Shown: positions 23,420-34,916, counted from the stretch's first letter. The stretch is DNA of 64,000 nucleotides from Azolla caroliniana (GCA_043228905.1 JBHGNT010000005.1:21452001-21516000), one strand, 5' to 3'. Program-made: numbers and translations. The notes: generated by a model not told the origin, from the sequence alone.

Positions 23420-26398
23420 TCAATCCACATCATCCAATTTCCTGATTTCTTCACACAGTTCTTCCGTATTGAGGCTATCAAATTTGGCAATTTGAACCAA
23501 ACAATACTTACCGAGGTCAACATTCGCAGACATCTTGCAAGCATTGAGCAAACATCTCCAAGAAATGATATCGGGAAACATAGGCATTGTTTGAAGCAAT
23601 TCATAAGCTTCATCCAACTTCCCTACCCTACTCAACATATCAACCAAACCGTTATAGTGATCAGTGGTTGGTGATATGTCATATTCAGTCCACATTGAAT
23701 TGAAATATCTACACCCATCCTTGAATAGGCCAGCTTGAGTGCAAGCCGTGAGAACATTGGTAAAAATCACACAATCTAAGACCAATTTCTCCTTTTGCAT
23801 ATCTTCAAGGCATTTCCATACTAGTTCAGGCTCACCAGAACGAGCATATGCAGATATCACACTACTCCATGAAAAAATATCTCTTTCAAGCATTGAATCT
23901 AATACCTTGTGGGTTTCTTCAGCAGTCATACAATTTGCATACATATCAAGTAGAGCATTTCCAACCATAGCATCGGTTTCAAGTCCAATCTTGATGATGT
24001 CTTCGTGAACGAGTTGGCCCTGCCTTACAGCTCCTACACTACTACATGCCTTGAGAATCCTTATTAGTGTGACTTTATCTGGAAGAAGATATTTATCCTT
24101 CATCTTCTGGAAAAGCTCGAGAGCAGTATATGCCTGTTCATGCAGCACATAGCCTGATATCAAAGTACCATAAGATATTGAATCTTTATGCAATATTTCA
24201 TCGAATGCACCATGTGCCTCCTCTAGCATCCCATTTTTGCCATACATATCAACAAGAGTGGAACCAATATGAACATCTGAATCCATCCCACTTTTTCGTA
24301 TAATATCAAGAATGAGACTACCTTCCTGATCTTGCAGAAAACCTTTGCATGCTCTCAACAACCCTAAAGCTATGACTTTATTTATTTCTATACCATCCTC
24401 TTTCATTTGTTGGAGATAATCAAGAACATCCTTAAGGTAGCCATGTTTTGCAAATCCATTGATTAACACACTCCATGACGTCACGTTCCTATCCTTTAAC
24501 CTGTGAAATACATTCCTGGCTTCCTCCACACTTCCATACTTTGCATACATATCAATAAGGGCAGTCCCAATGATTACATCTGATTCAAATTCATCTCTAA
24601 TTATCTGGGCATGTATAACCCTGCCTTGTAATATAGCTCCTTCATTAGTGCATGTTGTTAAGATGCATGCGTAAAGCATATTATTTGGTTGTACAAATCC
24701 ACACTGCATTTCCTCAAACATCTCCAGTGCATGTAGAGTATGGCCATGTTCAACATATCCTCCAATCAGAGCCCCCCAGGTGCCAACATCTGGTTCTCTG
24801 ATCTTACGAAACAATGTCGTTGATTCATTATGACTCCCACACTTAGCATAAGTATCAATTAAGGAATTGCTTATATCTGTTTCTTTTTCAAATTCAGCCT
24901 CAATAATGATTTCATGTATGAGTCTACAAATGACAATGTCTTGCATACTGGCACATGCCTTTAAGATGCTTAAAAATATCATTGAGTCTGGCTTTACTCT
25001 CTCCTTTTGCATTTTAGTGAATAATTCAACAGCCAGAGATGCAGATCCATGTTGAACATGTCCCATGATTATTGCAGCCCAAGTCACAACATTCTTATTT
25101 GGCAGCCTATCAAATATGTTACATGCTTCTGTAAGATGACCACATTTGGCATACATATCAACTATGGAGCTCCCAATGAATATATCTGATTCGAGTTCAT
25201 TCCTAATTATTAGATCATGCATGTACTTACCTTCATACATGGCATGCAAATTACCACACGCTTTCAAAAGAGATAAAAAAACTACCTTATTTGGTTCCAC
25301 ATTCACTTGCTGCATTCTTTCATATAATTCAAGTGCATTAAGTCCATGATCATGTTTTACATATTCTTCTATCATGGCTCCCCATAGCACAACATCATTT
25401 ACTGGAAACATATCGAAGAGCACACGTGCATCTTCAAGATTACCACATTTAGCATACAAGCTAACAAGATAGGTTCTAACAAACACATCATACTCCAACC
25501 CATCTCCAAATATCTCTGTATTTATATATCTACCTCTCACCACATCTTCCTCTTGAATAGAAGCTTTGATTGCACATAGATAAACAAATCTATTTGGCCT
25601 TAAACCATTTTCCAGCATTTCCCAAACTAACTCAAGAGAAGCTCGATAATGATGATGATCCATGAGCCCCCCAACCAATGTGCTATATGTAATGACATCT
25701 CTAGATTCGAGGCTAAGGAAGAGTTTATATGCTTCTTCGAGGTTTCCGCATTTACAATACATATTGATTAGAGTGTTCTTGATGGCCATGGTTGATTCAC
25801 ATAAAGTATATATAATCTGAGTGTGCAATATCTTGGCCCGATTGATGTCCCTTGCTGAAGAACATGCTCTGATGATGCTGAGGAAAAGAACATGGTTTGG
25901 TTGTATTCCTTCATTTTGCATCTTCTCAAACAAAACAAAGGCAAACCAGAAAAGGCCACATTTGATGGTTGCACCTATAATAGCACCCCATGATACTATA
26001 TCATAATTTGGCATCTTATCAAAGATAATCCTGGCGTCTTCTAAAAGACCACATTTAGCATACATACTGATTAAAGCATTTCCAAGAGAAGTATCAATAT
26101 CAATTGGGCTTTTCATGATTTCATTAAAAATCAAGCTCCCCTTCCCAAAGGCATTTTTGCATTTACAACAAGATTTTAGCATGCAAATGAATGTGATTCT
26201 ATCAGGTTTAACTCCTACCTCTTGCATGTCCTTGTAAAGGGAAAATGCTTGCTCCACCTGTCCATCTTTGCTATACAAAGAGATAGATGAATTCCATCTA
26301 TGTACACTCGTGTTTCTTGTCATTGTCATCATTTTGTGTCTCTCTCTCGCTTCAATAATGTACATATGATTTTTTCCAATAAGCAATATAAGTGTCAT
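23420..26398 (-). CDS. PLS-class pentatricopeptide repeat protein (organellar RNA-editing factor type) with a partial E domain and no DYW
   Basis: About 990-aa intact ORF of recurring P-L-S triplets (GNALISMYAKCG..EDAR..FDKM...DIVSWGAII); terminal HYNGLVDMLSRVGKLDEA..MPMFPDIISWRCLLNACK. First ATG at 26398; the true start may lie in an upstream exon. Confidence 0.93.
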   Translation of the reverse strand: MTLILLIGKNHMYIIEARERHKMMTMTRNTSVHRWNSSISLYSKDGQVEQAFSLYKDMQEVGVKPDRITFICMLKSCCKCKNAFGKGSLIFNEIMKSPIDIDTSLGNALISMYAKCGLLEDARIIFDKMPNYDIVSWGAIIGATIKCGLFWFAFVLFEKMQNEGIQPNHVLFLSIIRACSSARDINRAKILHTQIIYTLCESTMAIKNTLINMYCKCGNLEEAYKLFLSLESRDVITYSTLVGGLMDHHHYRASLELVWEMLENGLRPNRFVYLCAIKASIQEEDVVRGRYINTEIFGDGLEYDVFVRTYLVSLYAKCGNLEDARVLFDMFPVNDVVLWGAMIEEYVKHDHGLNALELYERMQQVNVEPNKVVFLSLLKACGNLHAMYEGKYMHDLIIRNELESDIFIGSSIVDMYAKCGHLTEACNIFDRLPNKNVVTWAAIIMGHVQHGSASLAVELFTKMQKERVKPDSMIFLSILKACASMQDIVICRLIHEIIIEAEFEKETDISNSLIDTYAKCGSHNESTTLFRKIREPDVGTWGALIGGYVEHGHTLHALEMFEEMQCGFVQPNNMLYACILTTCTNEGAILQGRVIHAQIIRDEFESDVIIGTALIDMYAKYGSVEEARNVFHRLKDRNVTSWSVLINGFAKHGYLKDVLDYLQQMKEDGIEINKVIALGLLRACKGFLQDQEGSLILDIIRKSGMDSDVHIGSTLVDMYGKNGMLEEAHGAFDEILHKDSISYGTLISGYVLHEQAYTALELFQKMKDKYLLPDKVTLIRILKACSSVGAVRQGQLVHEDIIKIGLETDAMVGNALLDMYANCMTAEETHKVLDSMLERDIFSWSSVISAYARSGEPELVWKCLEDMQKEKLVLDCVIFTNVLTACTQAGLFKDGCRYFNSMWTEYDISPTTDHYNGLVDMLSRVGKLDEAYELLQTMPMFPDIISWRCLLNACKMSANVDLGKYCLVQIAKFDSLNTEELCEEIRKLDDVD

Positions 26399-26510
26399 TG
26401 GCTCCAATACACAAGCAAAGGCTTTCTTCAGCTCTTGTAGGCATGAGAAGCAAATAGATCATCCACAAACAGTTGCCTCTCAATATGCAGAAGCTATCCA
26501 TGGCTGCCTT

Positions 26511-26905
26511 AAAGAAAACAGAGTAACCCCTGTTTCTTCACCAAGTGAAATGTTTTCAAGTGTTATTAAAGAGGGGCAACTTCTTGAATATGAGAAAGTG
26601 AATGGGAACCTGTTAATTAGAATCTTTCTTCTTTTACAGTATTTTCTAAAGGGGCTGCTCTATTTCACTTGTTGAAGAAACAGAGTAGCCCCTGTTTCTT
26701 CAGCAAGTGAAACAATCTTTCTTCTTTTACAGTATTTTCTAAAGGAGCTGCTCTATTTCACTTGGTGAAGAAACAGAGTAGCCCCTGGTTCTTCAGCAAG
26801 TGAAACTTTTTCAAGTGTTATTAAAGAGGGGCAACTTCTTGAATATGAGAAAGAGAATGAGAACATGTTAATTAAAATCTTTCTTCTTTTCCTGTATTTT
26901 CTGAA
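26511..26905. repeat. Complex tandem repeat containing 21-bp-stem hairpins
   Basis: GAAACAGAGTARCCCCTG.TTCTTCA.CAAGTGAAA occurs three times; blocks TTCAAGTGTTATTAAAGAGGGGCAAC and ATCTTTCTTCTTTT recur. Confidence 0.85.
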
Positions 26906-27062
26906 GGGAAGGGTTCTCTTTCACATGAGATGGAATGACAAAAAACACGAAGACAACAAGAGTTTCAAGGCCCAATGTTTCAATCCTTTCCTCACAGTTT
27001 CTCCGTGTATAAATTGTTTTGCCTCGTGCCCTTTCGACTCGTATGAACATGAATTCCTTTAT

Positions 27063-27508
27063 CGCCAAGCAATAGATAGGATGTAGTTTATGCTTTTCTA
27101 TGTTGAGTGCACTAGACACCCTTTCTCAGATTGTCACAAGGTTGTTGCCACAGTCATAGTGTCATTCAACATCTTTGTGACTTTCCCAAGATGAGGATGC
27201 AACAGAAGAGGTTTTCCACCTACAAGTGCATTCATGGAAGGTGCTAGGTTGGCACAAGCTTTTAGGGTTTAGGGTTTTTGATAATTAGTCATTTGAATTA
27301 AGCCAAGAGATAGGATGTAGTTGATGTTTTTCAATTTTGAGTGCATTGGACCCCCTCTCTGAGATTGTTGTAAGGTTGGTGTCAAGGTCATGGTGTCATT
27401 CAACATCTTTGTGACTTTCCCAAGATGGGGATGTGATAGAGGAGGTTTTCCACATACAAATGCATTCATGGATGATCCTATCTTAGCACAAGCTTTTAGG
27501 GTTTAGGG
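27063..27508. repeat. Two diverged ~200-bp direct repeats, each ending in telo-box TTTAGGGTTTAGGG
   Basis: GATAGGATGTAGTT...GTGTCATTCAACATCTTTGTGACTTTCCCAAGATG...GCACAAGCTTTTAGGGTTTAGGG occurs twice, period ~238 bp. Confidence 0.85.
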
Positions 27509-28699
27509 ATCAAGCTTGGTTGAGGAAGGTGCCAAAACAACTTCGTAGTGTTGTCGTGTAATCGTAAGACATTTGCATTTCAAGGAGCCACAGGGCCTCA
27601 GAACTAGGAATGAGGTTCTTCCAAATCATGATGTTACAATGACATTGCGCAAATACGATTAAAAGCTAAAAAAGTCAAATGAAATATCTCATGTAATAAG
27701 TTAATTGCAATAAACAAAAGTCAATTGTTTGGAAGAGTGATTATAAAATTCTTCAAACTGACATAAATAATAACAGGATATGCAATCTATTATAAAAGGG
27801 ATACAACTATGATTATATAACTCATGAACTATAGTTTACAATAACAAATAACTCGGATAAAAATGAGGTGATTCACCCTATGAACAATAGGTAATAGAGT
27901 TGTAATTATAGAACTTAATAAAAATCTCACGAACAATAATTGATGACCATCATCGATCACTCCTTTAATAGTAGATAACAAGATTGGTGAATTTTGTTCA
28001 AAGGCGGCGACTCTATCTTAACAACTAACAATTGACATCCCACCTACTCCCAATATGTGATGACCCAATACCCATGTGTTCAATGTTACTTGAATTTATT
28101 CGGGTGTCAACAAACTCTTGTTGAAGGAAACACACTAGCTATTTTAGGAGACATCCAACTCCCTAACAAGGAGATAACATAGTTTTCCATATTTTTTAGC
28201 AATTGCTAGTAAACTCCCACATTGGCTCCATGTGGAAGATGTAAAGAGCACCTCCCTCTCCACACTTCGTGAGTCACATGCACAACTAATAGGGTGGCCA
28301 ATTTCCTTATCGTACGATTTGAGGGTCTAATCAACTAAGTCTTTTAATTGGACTACATCGAACTAATCATGCATAGGCTTGTTCATAGAAAGCCTCACCA
28401 TGCTCTTCGGGAAGGCGATGACATCTAGTTTCATCTTCTTCTTTAATACTTCTTCTTCCATCTTCTTCATGTGTAAGAACGACCATGTCAAACAACCACG
28501 TAACTCAGCCAAATCATGGCGGTCCTTTGACAACTTCAATGGGAGAACAGTGTTATCCAAGAGTCCCTACATGGGCTCCAAATAAATGCACTTGTGATAT
28601 ATGTCAACTAATAATTCCACAGAAATCCTAGATGCTAATCACTAGAGCCATCCATGGAGATCCAACTAGTAATCAATCTAATCTCATGATTACCATGTC

Positions 28700-30179
28700 A
28701 TTGTGCCTAGTGTCCTCTATGTAGATGGCATGCTTATGTATGAATTTTCCATTATTACCATGTCATATAGAGCTTCTTAGAAATGAAGAGGTTCTAAATA
28801 GAGTATCAAAACAATAAGCATGTCATCTACATAGAGTATCAATTCAGATTTTGATACTCTATTTCAACGATGAGTAATTCATATTGAAGAAAAATCTGAA
28901 TCAAATATTTGGCATAAATTTTTTGGGAAACACAAAGTATTATATTGGTATGTGTATTGCTTGTGATAGGAATGAGTTTTGTATTTATTTCTCTCATAAT
29001 GAGTACATATCCAAAATACTCAAGAGGTTTACTATGGAGAGTGCAAAACCTTAGAGCATACCATTATCTATGCATGTAAAATTGAAGAAGAGTGAATGGT
29101 CCAAATATGATGATGAAAAGGAATTCATGAGCAAAATTCCTTATTAGTCTGGTGTTACAACATCACATATGCTATAACAATGACTAGGCTAGACATTTGC
29201 AATTGGAGCTATGAGCGAATGCTTTTCAAACCCCAATAAGAAACATTGAGAAACAATTAAGATGAGACCGATATATCTAAGTTATACTAGGGATAAGTGT
29301 CTATGTTTTGGTGGTGGTAATGTATCTATTATTGCATACATAGACTTTGACTATGATGTTTTGACAGTAGAAAGTCTACTTCGAGGTACATCTTTTAGCT
29401 TATGGGAGCTGCAATCTCTTGGAGATCTCATCTCCAAGAATGTACCACTCTATCTACTACACAAGTAGAGCATGTTACAACTAGTAAGGCATGTAGGGTA
29501 ACTTTCTAGACTAGATTGTGACATGGGCGTATTTCAACTTGTACCTAGATTGCTTTGTGATAGCCAAAGTGCCAAAGCTTTGGCTAAAAGTCTGGTTTAT
29601 CATGTGGAGACAAATCACATGGGAGTGCGATACCATTTCATCTGGGAATGCACAACTAAAGGTCATTCCTTCAGGAAATGCCGCAAGTACATTGACCAAA
29701 GCGTTATCACGTGAGGCATTGGAGCAATTGTTGTCACTCGATGGGGGTTTACACGATTCGTCCAAGTGAAGCAGTGTGTTTCCATGTATACTGAGTAACA
29801 TGTCGATCAAAGTAGGAGGTACAGGCCGTGTACGATCTTCCCCATCAGTGTCTGCCATTTGCTTCAGGGCCTTAGTGGGAGGTTGCTACATGTGTGTGTA
29901 GTGTGAAAAGGGCCAGAAACATAGTTTCCTAAAACAATAATCTGCATGTATATATATGCAGGCCATAATCATGGGCCATGGCTATATTTTGTCTGTTTAT
30001 GCTCTGTGCTTTGCTGTGTGTGCTCTCTGCAGGTCTTAAACAAGCTGTTCGCCCCCTGCATCCCCATTGCTAGCAGCACGATCTGGGAATGTTACTAAGG
30101 TATTTCTTTCTGATCACTGTTTTGACTCTCTCCACTATATATTTTTTGTTTTTGTTGACCCTTATAGGGACTTATAACA
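28700..30179 (+). mobile_element. Highly degraded Ty1/copia RT-RNase H remnant with probable 3' LTR
   Basis: LLCDSQSAKALAKSLVYHVETNHMGVRYHFIWE (copia RNase H); purine tract AGTGGGAGG then TG at 29884 ... TAACA at 30179. Confidence 0.65.
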
Positions 30180-30594
30180 CATAGAAGTGCCTTCCAATTT
30201 CTCTCCCTAGTAATGTACATTCAAAATTGGATTTATAGCACTGGAATTGTTAAGTTTTTCCAATATGAGGAGAGAATACGATGGATTTTCTGTTCGAAAG
30301 AAAGTGCCAACACAATACATACATGCTTTGATTCTAGATGTCTTTAGCTTTTATGCAAGAAACACAAGCTATATAACTTTAGTTCTGTGCGCGCACTGCT
30401 ACAAACGCATGATTCCAAGAAAACCAAGAAAAATAAAAATTTATGGGCGTCTGTAAGAGGATTTTCTATGCATGGAACACCGTGAGACTTTATTTGTGTG
30501 CTTTAGGCACACCAGTAATATAAATAATGGTGCATGTTTATTGAGTATTTCCATCGTTGATACTATATGTATCTTATTATTTATCGTTGCCATT

Positions 30595-32499
30595 TTATGT
30601 TGTTGCAGGACTTACATTATGAAATTTCGTCAGAGATTTCTCCCTTCGAGTGGAGCGAATGTGGGTGCTATTTGTAAACTTGAGTTCTTTCCTCCGTTGG
30701 GATGGCAATGTATCATAAGGTGTATTGTGCAAAGCTACAAGATCGGTGCCAAAGTGCATTCTCAAATCAGCATTGATATATGTGCAGCGGGAGATGTCTC
30801 CGATTTCATATGGGAGGCTGTTGATGTAAGGGATGCATTTGATGAACAGTCGAATGTCTTGGCAAAGCACACCCGTAAACAACCGCACCATAAAGATCAT
30901 TAATGTTATGGCACCTACAGCTGCACCGGGAATCGTACTGCTGTACATAAGCTTCTGATAATATGTCATTTTGCTTGTTGGTGTGGCGGAGAACCCTGCA
31001 CTCGCAAATGCCGTCGTGACGGCTCCGAGAGATATTGCGAAGAAGAATGCAGCGATCACCAACTCCACCCTCACTTGATTGACTATGACACCCACATACT
31101 TGGTGGGTGTGGGGAGTAGTGCGGCTATGGTCACACACATAGCTGCCACAGCAGAATAGAAGGACACACCATTGCTCACCCAGAAGCTCTTCATCTGGGC
31201 CTTCTCGAATAATGTCTGTGATGGGAGCTGCAACCACCCAGCAAAGGTCACACTCCCTATCAATGCTGCTCCCACCAGTATTGCATTGAGTACTTGCACA
31301 TAAACCTCCCTGTCCCTGAACAACTTGTCTTCGGACTCCTTGAACGGTGGCCTTCCTCTCAGTAACTCCATTGCTTCTTGGTTGTTGTCTTCAAATGCTA
31401 TCTGGAGTGCTGTCCTCCCTTTTGCATCTTCAATGCTTGGGCTTGGCCTCAAATGAGGAGATTTGACGAGCTTCTCCACTATGTCTGCCCTCTTGTGCAC
31501 CACAGCCCAGTGCAGACATGTGCGCTTGTATTTCTCATCCCATTGATTCTCTGTCAGGAATCCACTTTCCAGGAGAAATTCAAAGACCCCATATTTCTCA
31601 GCATACAGAGCCAGATATGTAGGAAGCCCTTTTAGACCGCCAAGCATCTCTAATTCCTTCCTCATGGAATCTTCGTTCATGGTGAAGTTCTTAGTGTTTT
31701 CTCTCTCAAGCTTCTTTATGTCATCCTTGAGTTTTTGGAGGGCCACTTTCTTTAACTTGTGGCGAAGGTTATCTAGTGTGATTTTCACCTTGGCAGGACT
31801 CACTTTGCTCAATGCAACCAGTTTATCGAAGAAATCTCTCTGACCATGCATAAGGGCAGCCGTCCCAACCTCTCCATTGATCAATGCCTCCTGTGTTTTG
31901 GTATCGATGGCATCGATGCTCCACTTAAGGGCCAATATGGCTGTTTTATTCCCCTCCTTGGCAGCTGTCCCCAAGAATGTTGCTCCATCCTTATCTTTAA
32001 GAAGAAGATGCTCTGAGCATGCCATGGAGATCAATTGAGAGAAGAGATCTGTGGATTTTGTCTTCCTTAGGTGCAAGGACGCATAATGAAGGATGGATTT
32101 TCCAGTGGCATCTACCGCCCCAATATTCATGTTCGGAGTTTTGCAGAAGGAATTTGCTTCCATATGCCCTTGGTTGTGCAGAAATGTGTTGTTAGGGCAA
32201 GAGAGTAGCGTTTTGAGCATTTCCCCATCACAACAATAACTGATGGGCATGTCTCCACAGTCATTGAGGATGGTGAGGCTCGCGCGCCTCTCCACCAAAG
32301 CCTTAGCTGTGTCTTTGTGTCTGTAAAGGATAGCAAAGTGCAAGGGTGTGTTCTTCTTTGGACCCTCAATATGTATCAAGTTTTCTGAAGCATTGTTGCT
32401 GAGGATGGAGATAAGCATTTGGGTGTCCCCATTCGCGGCGTGTTTGTGAAGATCATGGATGCCTTCCAAATCTGTGTTTTGTGATCCAGATCCTTCCAT
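30595..32499 (-). CDS. Ankyrin-repeat transmembrane protein (ACD6/ITN1-like, PGG-domain-like), intronless, 634 aa
   Basis: ANK motifs (LHKHAANGD, NTPLHFA, GKSILHYA, RTCLHWA, GRTALQIA) followed by NAILVGAALIGSVTFAGWLQ and 4-5 hydrophobic helices; TATATAAG about 70 bp upstream. Confidence 0.9.
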   Translation of the reverse strand: MEGSGSQNTDLEGIHDLHKHAANGDTQMLISILSNNASENLIHIEGPKKNTPLHFAILYRHKDTAKALVERRASLTILNDCGDMPISYCCDGEMLKTLLSCPNNTFLHNQGHMEANSFCKTPNMNIGAVDATGKSILHYASLHLRKTKSTDLFSQLISMACSEHLLLKDKDGATFLGTAAKEGNKTAILALKWSIDAIDTKTQEALINGEVGTAALMHGQRDFFDKLVALSKVSPAKVKITLDNLRHKLKKVALQKLKDDIKKLERENTKNFTMNEDSMRKELEMLGGLKGLPTYLALYAEKYGVFEFLLESGFLTENQWDEKYKRTCLHWAVVHKRADIVEKLVKSPHLRPSPSIEDAKGRTALQIAFEDNNQEAMELLRGRPPFKESEDKLFRDREVYVQVLNAILVGAALIGSVTFAGWLQLPSQTLFEKAQMKSFWVSNGVSFYSAVAAMCVTIAALLPTPTKYVGVIVNQVRVELVIAAFFFAISLGAVTTAFASAGFSATPTSKMTYYQKLMYSSTIPGAAVGAITLMIFMVRLFTGVLCQDIRLFIKCIPYINSLPYEIGDISRCTYINADLRMHFGTDLVALHNTPYDTLPSQRRKELKFTNSTHIRSTRREKSLTKFHNVSPATT

Positions 32500-33059
32500 T
32501 GTTGTTCCAGGATGAGGCTCACTAGGTAGAGTAGTTTGTGGCTAGGAATGCAGAAGGTCCATCCAACTTATATAGATGAAATTTTCTGAGAAGCAAAACA
32601 GAAATAATTTAGTTTGATAATGCTTGGGTTGAAGAATCAAAACTAGGCTATCGCATCGATATCGATAGGTTGTATTCTCTTAATAGAAATGGTTTCCAGT
32701 TTGCCTGCAACATGCGAAAAGTTAATCCTCATATATACAAAAAACATATATTAACCAACCAATTGGGTCCAATGAAGAACACAAACAGCTTAGTATACTT
32801 CAATAAGGGCCTTTTTCTAATTTACTTCATTAATCATTAAGAAACAATTCCATTTTTCAATTAGTATCGAGTAATGGAAGAATCATTAGACATGACTTTT
32901 GTCTTGGTTGTCGCATGGAAACTATGCATAAATGGAAGAATATCCAACAGCAACACGAACCTTTGAGACTATATTAAACTTGACCTAACAACATGTTCCT
33001 GTAAAATTGTACTCTTTTATTATGAAAATGAAAGATGACCATTCAATACAGCCAAGGTC

Positions 33060-33300
33060 TTGAGCATTTTATGTTTTTTGAAACATGCCCATCAGCTAGA
33101 GTTGGACCACGAAATGCTACTGCTCGTCATGATCCCACACAATTCATGGCTCCATAGCCAGTAGACTTGGAACACAGATTGTTTGGGCAAAAGCATCCTC
33201 CATTATGTTGTGGTGCACAATGGGGTAGACATAACGGAGAAGCTCGTGAAATCTCGGAACATGACGCCAAGCCCAAGCATCAAAGCTCATGGCCATGGTG
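33060..33300 (+). pseudogene. Inverted, internally deleted fragment of the neighbouring ankyrin gene or a paralogue
   Basis: GKSILHYVVVHNGVDITEKLVKSRNMTPSPSI joins gene segments GKSILHY and VVHKRADIVEKLVKSPHLRPSPSI; ACATGCCCATCAG is shared with 32240-32252 (rc). Confidence 0.8.
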
Positions 33301-33729
33301 TTGCGAGGCCTGGCCGCCACCACCACTTGCTAGTAATGCGCCCCATTCAATTTCGGTTTGGTTCAATTTCTTGGCCTTGAAACCAAACCAAACCATTTAT
33401 CCATAACCAAAACAAACTGTTTACAATTTATGAAGCAAATATTAACCAAACCATTTAAACCAAACCCTTTAAAAAGTAAGAGAAACCAAATTGTTTAAAC
33501 CAAACTGGTTTACCATAAATTAAAACCAATTTGTGACCATCATGCTTATTATAAATTTGTGTGAGAAAATCATTATAAATGTGGTCATCATACTTATCAT
33601 AAAATTGATCATCATAAATCAAAATGAGATTGTGCATATAATGTATATAAACTCTTCTTTAATAGATCAAAGAGGAATTATAACTCTTAAAAATGTGAAT
33701 GATTGTGAGGACCTTTGTTTTCCATGGCT

Positions 33730-34231
33730 CAATAATAAAATCTATATCATGCATACAAAGACCCTTTGCCATGACAGTTGAATAGAGGGGCTTACGGTTT
33801 ATAGAGGCCATCCTTACAAAGGTTTAGCTACCACGTCACCCATTTAATGCTCCATTAACAACTATTGATGTTGAGAATGATATAATAACCCAACACTACA
33901 AAAATGTATGTGCTTGTTTCTTTAGAGACTTTTTCGACCATTTCCAACTTAGAATGTGGTGAATGACCAATCGATCATCCGGGAAATCTAGGCCTTTATT
34001 ATTTGTCTCTCCTTGTAGCTATACTTTGGAAATTGATGTTAAGTAACAAGTTGGACGTTCATATCTATCATGTAGTCTACATTGACAAAGTACGACCTTC
34101 ATCTCTGTGTCCCAAGCAACATGGTTGAAGTATGATGACACCACTTGTTTATGGATCCAAACAATTGCCTCCAATTTTCTAGTTTGTTTGTTAGCCACCT
34201 ACCTACACACAAGTCTCACCTCTTAATGTCT
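33730..34231. repeat. Dispersed repeat, copy B of 21469-22001
   Basis: Direct colinear match. Confidence 0.9.
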
Positions 34232-34266
34232 ATCTACCTACATACAAGTCAGATTAGTGACCGTAC

Positions 34267-34916
34267 GCTATAACAACGACTAGGCTAGACATTTGCAACG
34301 GGAGCTGTGAGCAAATGCTTTTCAAACCCCAATAACAAACATTAAGAAACAATTAAGATGATACTGATGTATCTAAGTTGCACTAGGGATAAGTGTATAT
34401 GTATTGGTGGTGGTAATGTATCTATTATTGGATACATACTGACAATAGAAATTCTATGGGAGCTATCGACGCTGCCATCTCTTGGAGATCTCGTCTCCAA
34501 GAATGTACTACTTTATTTACTACACTAGTAGAGTATGTCACAACAAGTGAGGCATGTGTCGTAACTTTCTAGACTAGATTGTGACCTGGGTGTATCTTAG
34601 CTTGTACCTAGATTGCTTTGTGATAGCCGGAGTGCCATAACTTTGGCTAAAAGTCTAGTTTTTTGTGTGACGAACAATCACTCGGGAGTGTGATAGTGAG
34701 ACCAACTACTCCGATAACACTCATCCATAAACCAGTCACTGGCATGAATAACGTGGAAAAGTGTAACCAACATTTGTTGGCCCATTTCATGTAGGAATGC
34801 GTAAGTCCTAGATGCATTAGACTAGAGAATGTCATTTCTTGAGAAAATGCTGCAAATACATTGGTCAAAGCATTATTGCATGACGTGTTGGAGCACTGTT
34901 GTCACTTGAAGGGGGG
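34267..34916 (+). repeat. Duplicate of the degraded copia segment 29171-29748, with a psbD insertion
   Basis: GCTATAACAAYGACTAGGCTAGACATTTGCAA...TTGTCACTYGA.GGGGG is colinear with 29171-29748. Confidence 0.88.
34696..34781 (-). other. psbD: Nuclear plastid DNA insert (NUPT), fragment of psbD (PSII D2)
   Basis: Translates [27 protein letters not shown] versus D2 [21 protein letters not shown](I/L)GVVGL; absent from the paralogous copy near 29632. Confidence 0.92.

Noticed and set aside
27600-28600. Possible minus-strand copia 3' end and LTR
   Set aside because: Only a purine tract followed by TGTCA; insufficient support.
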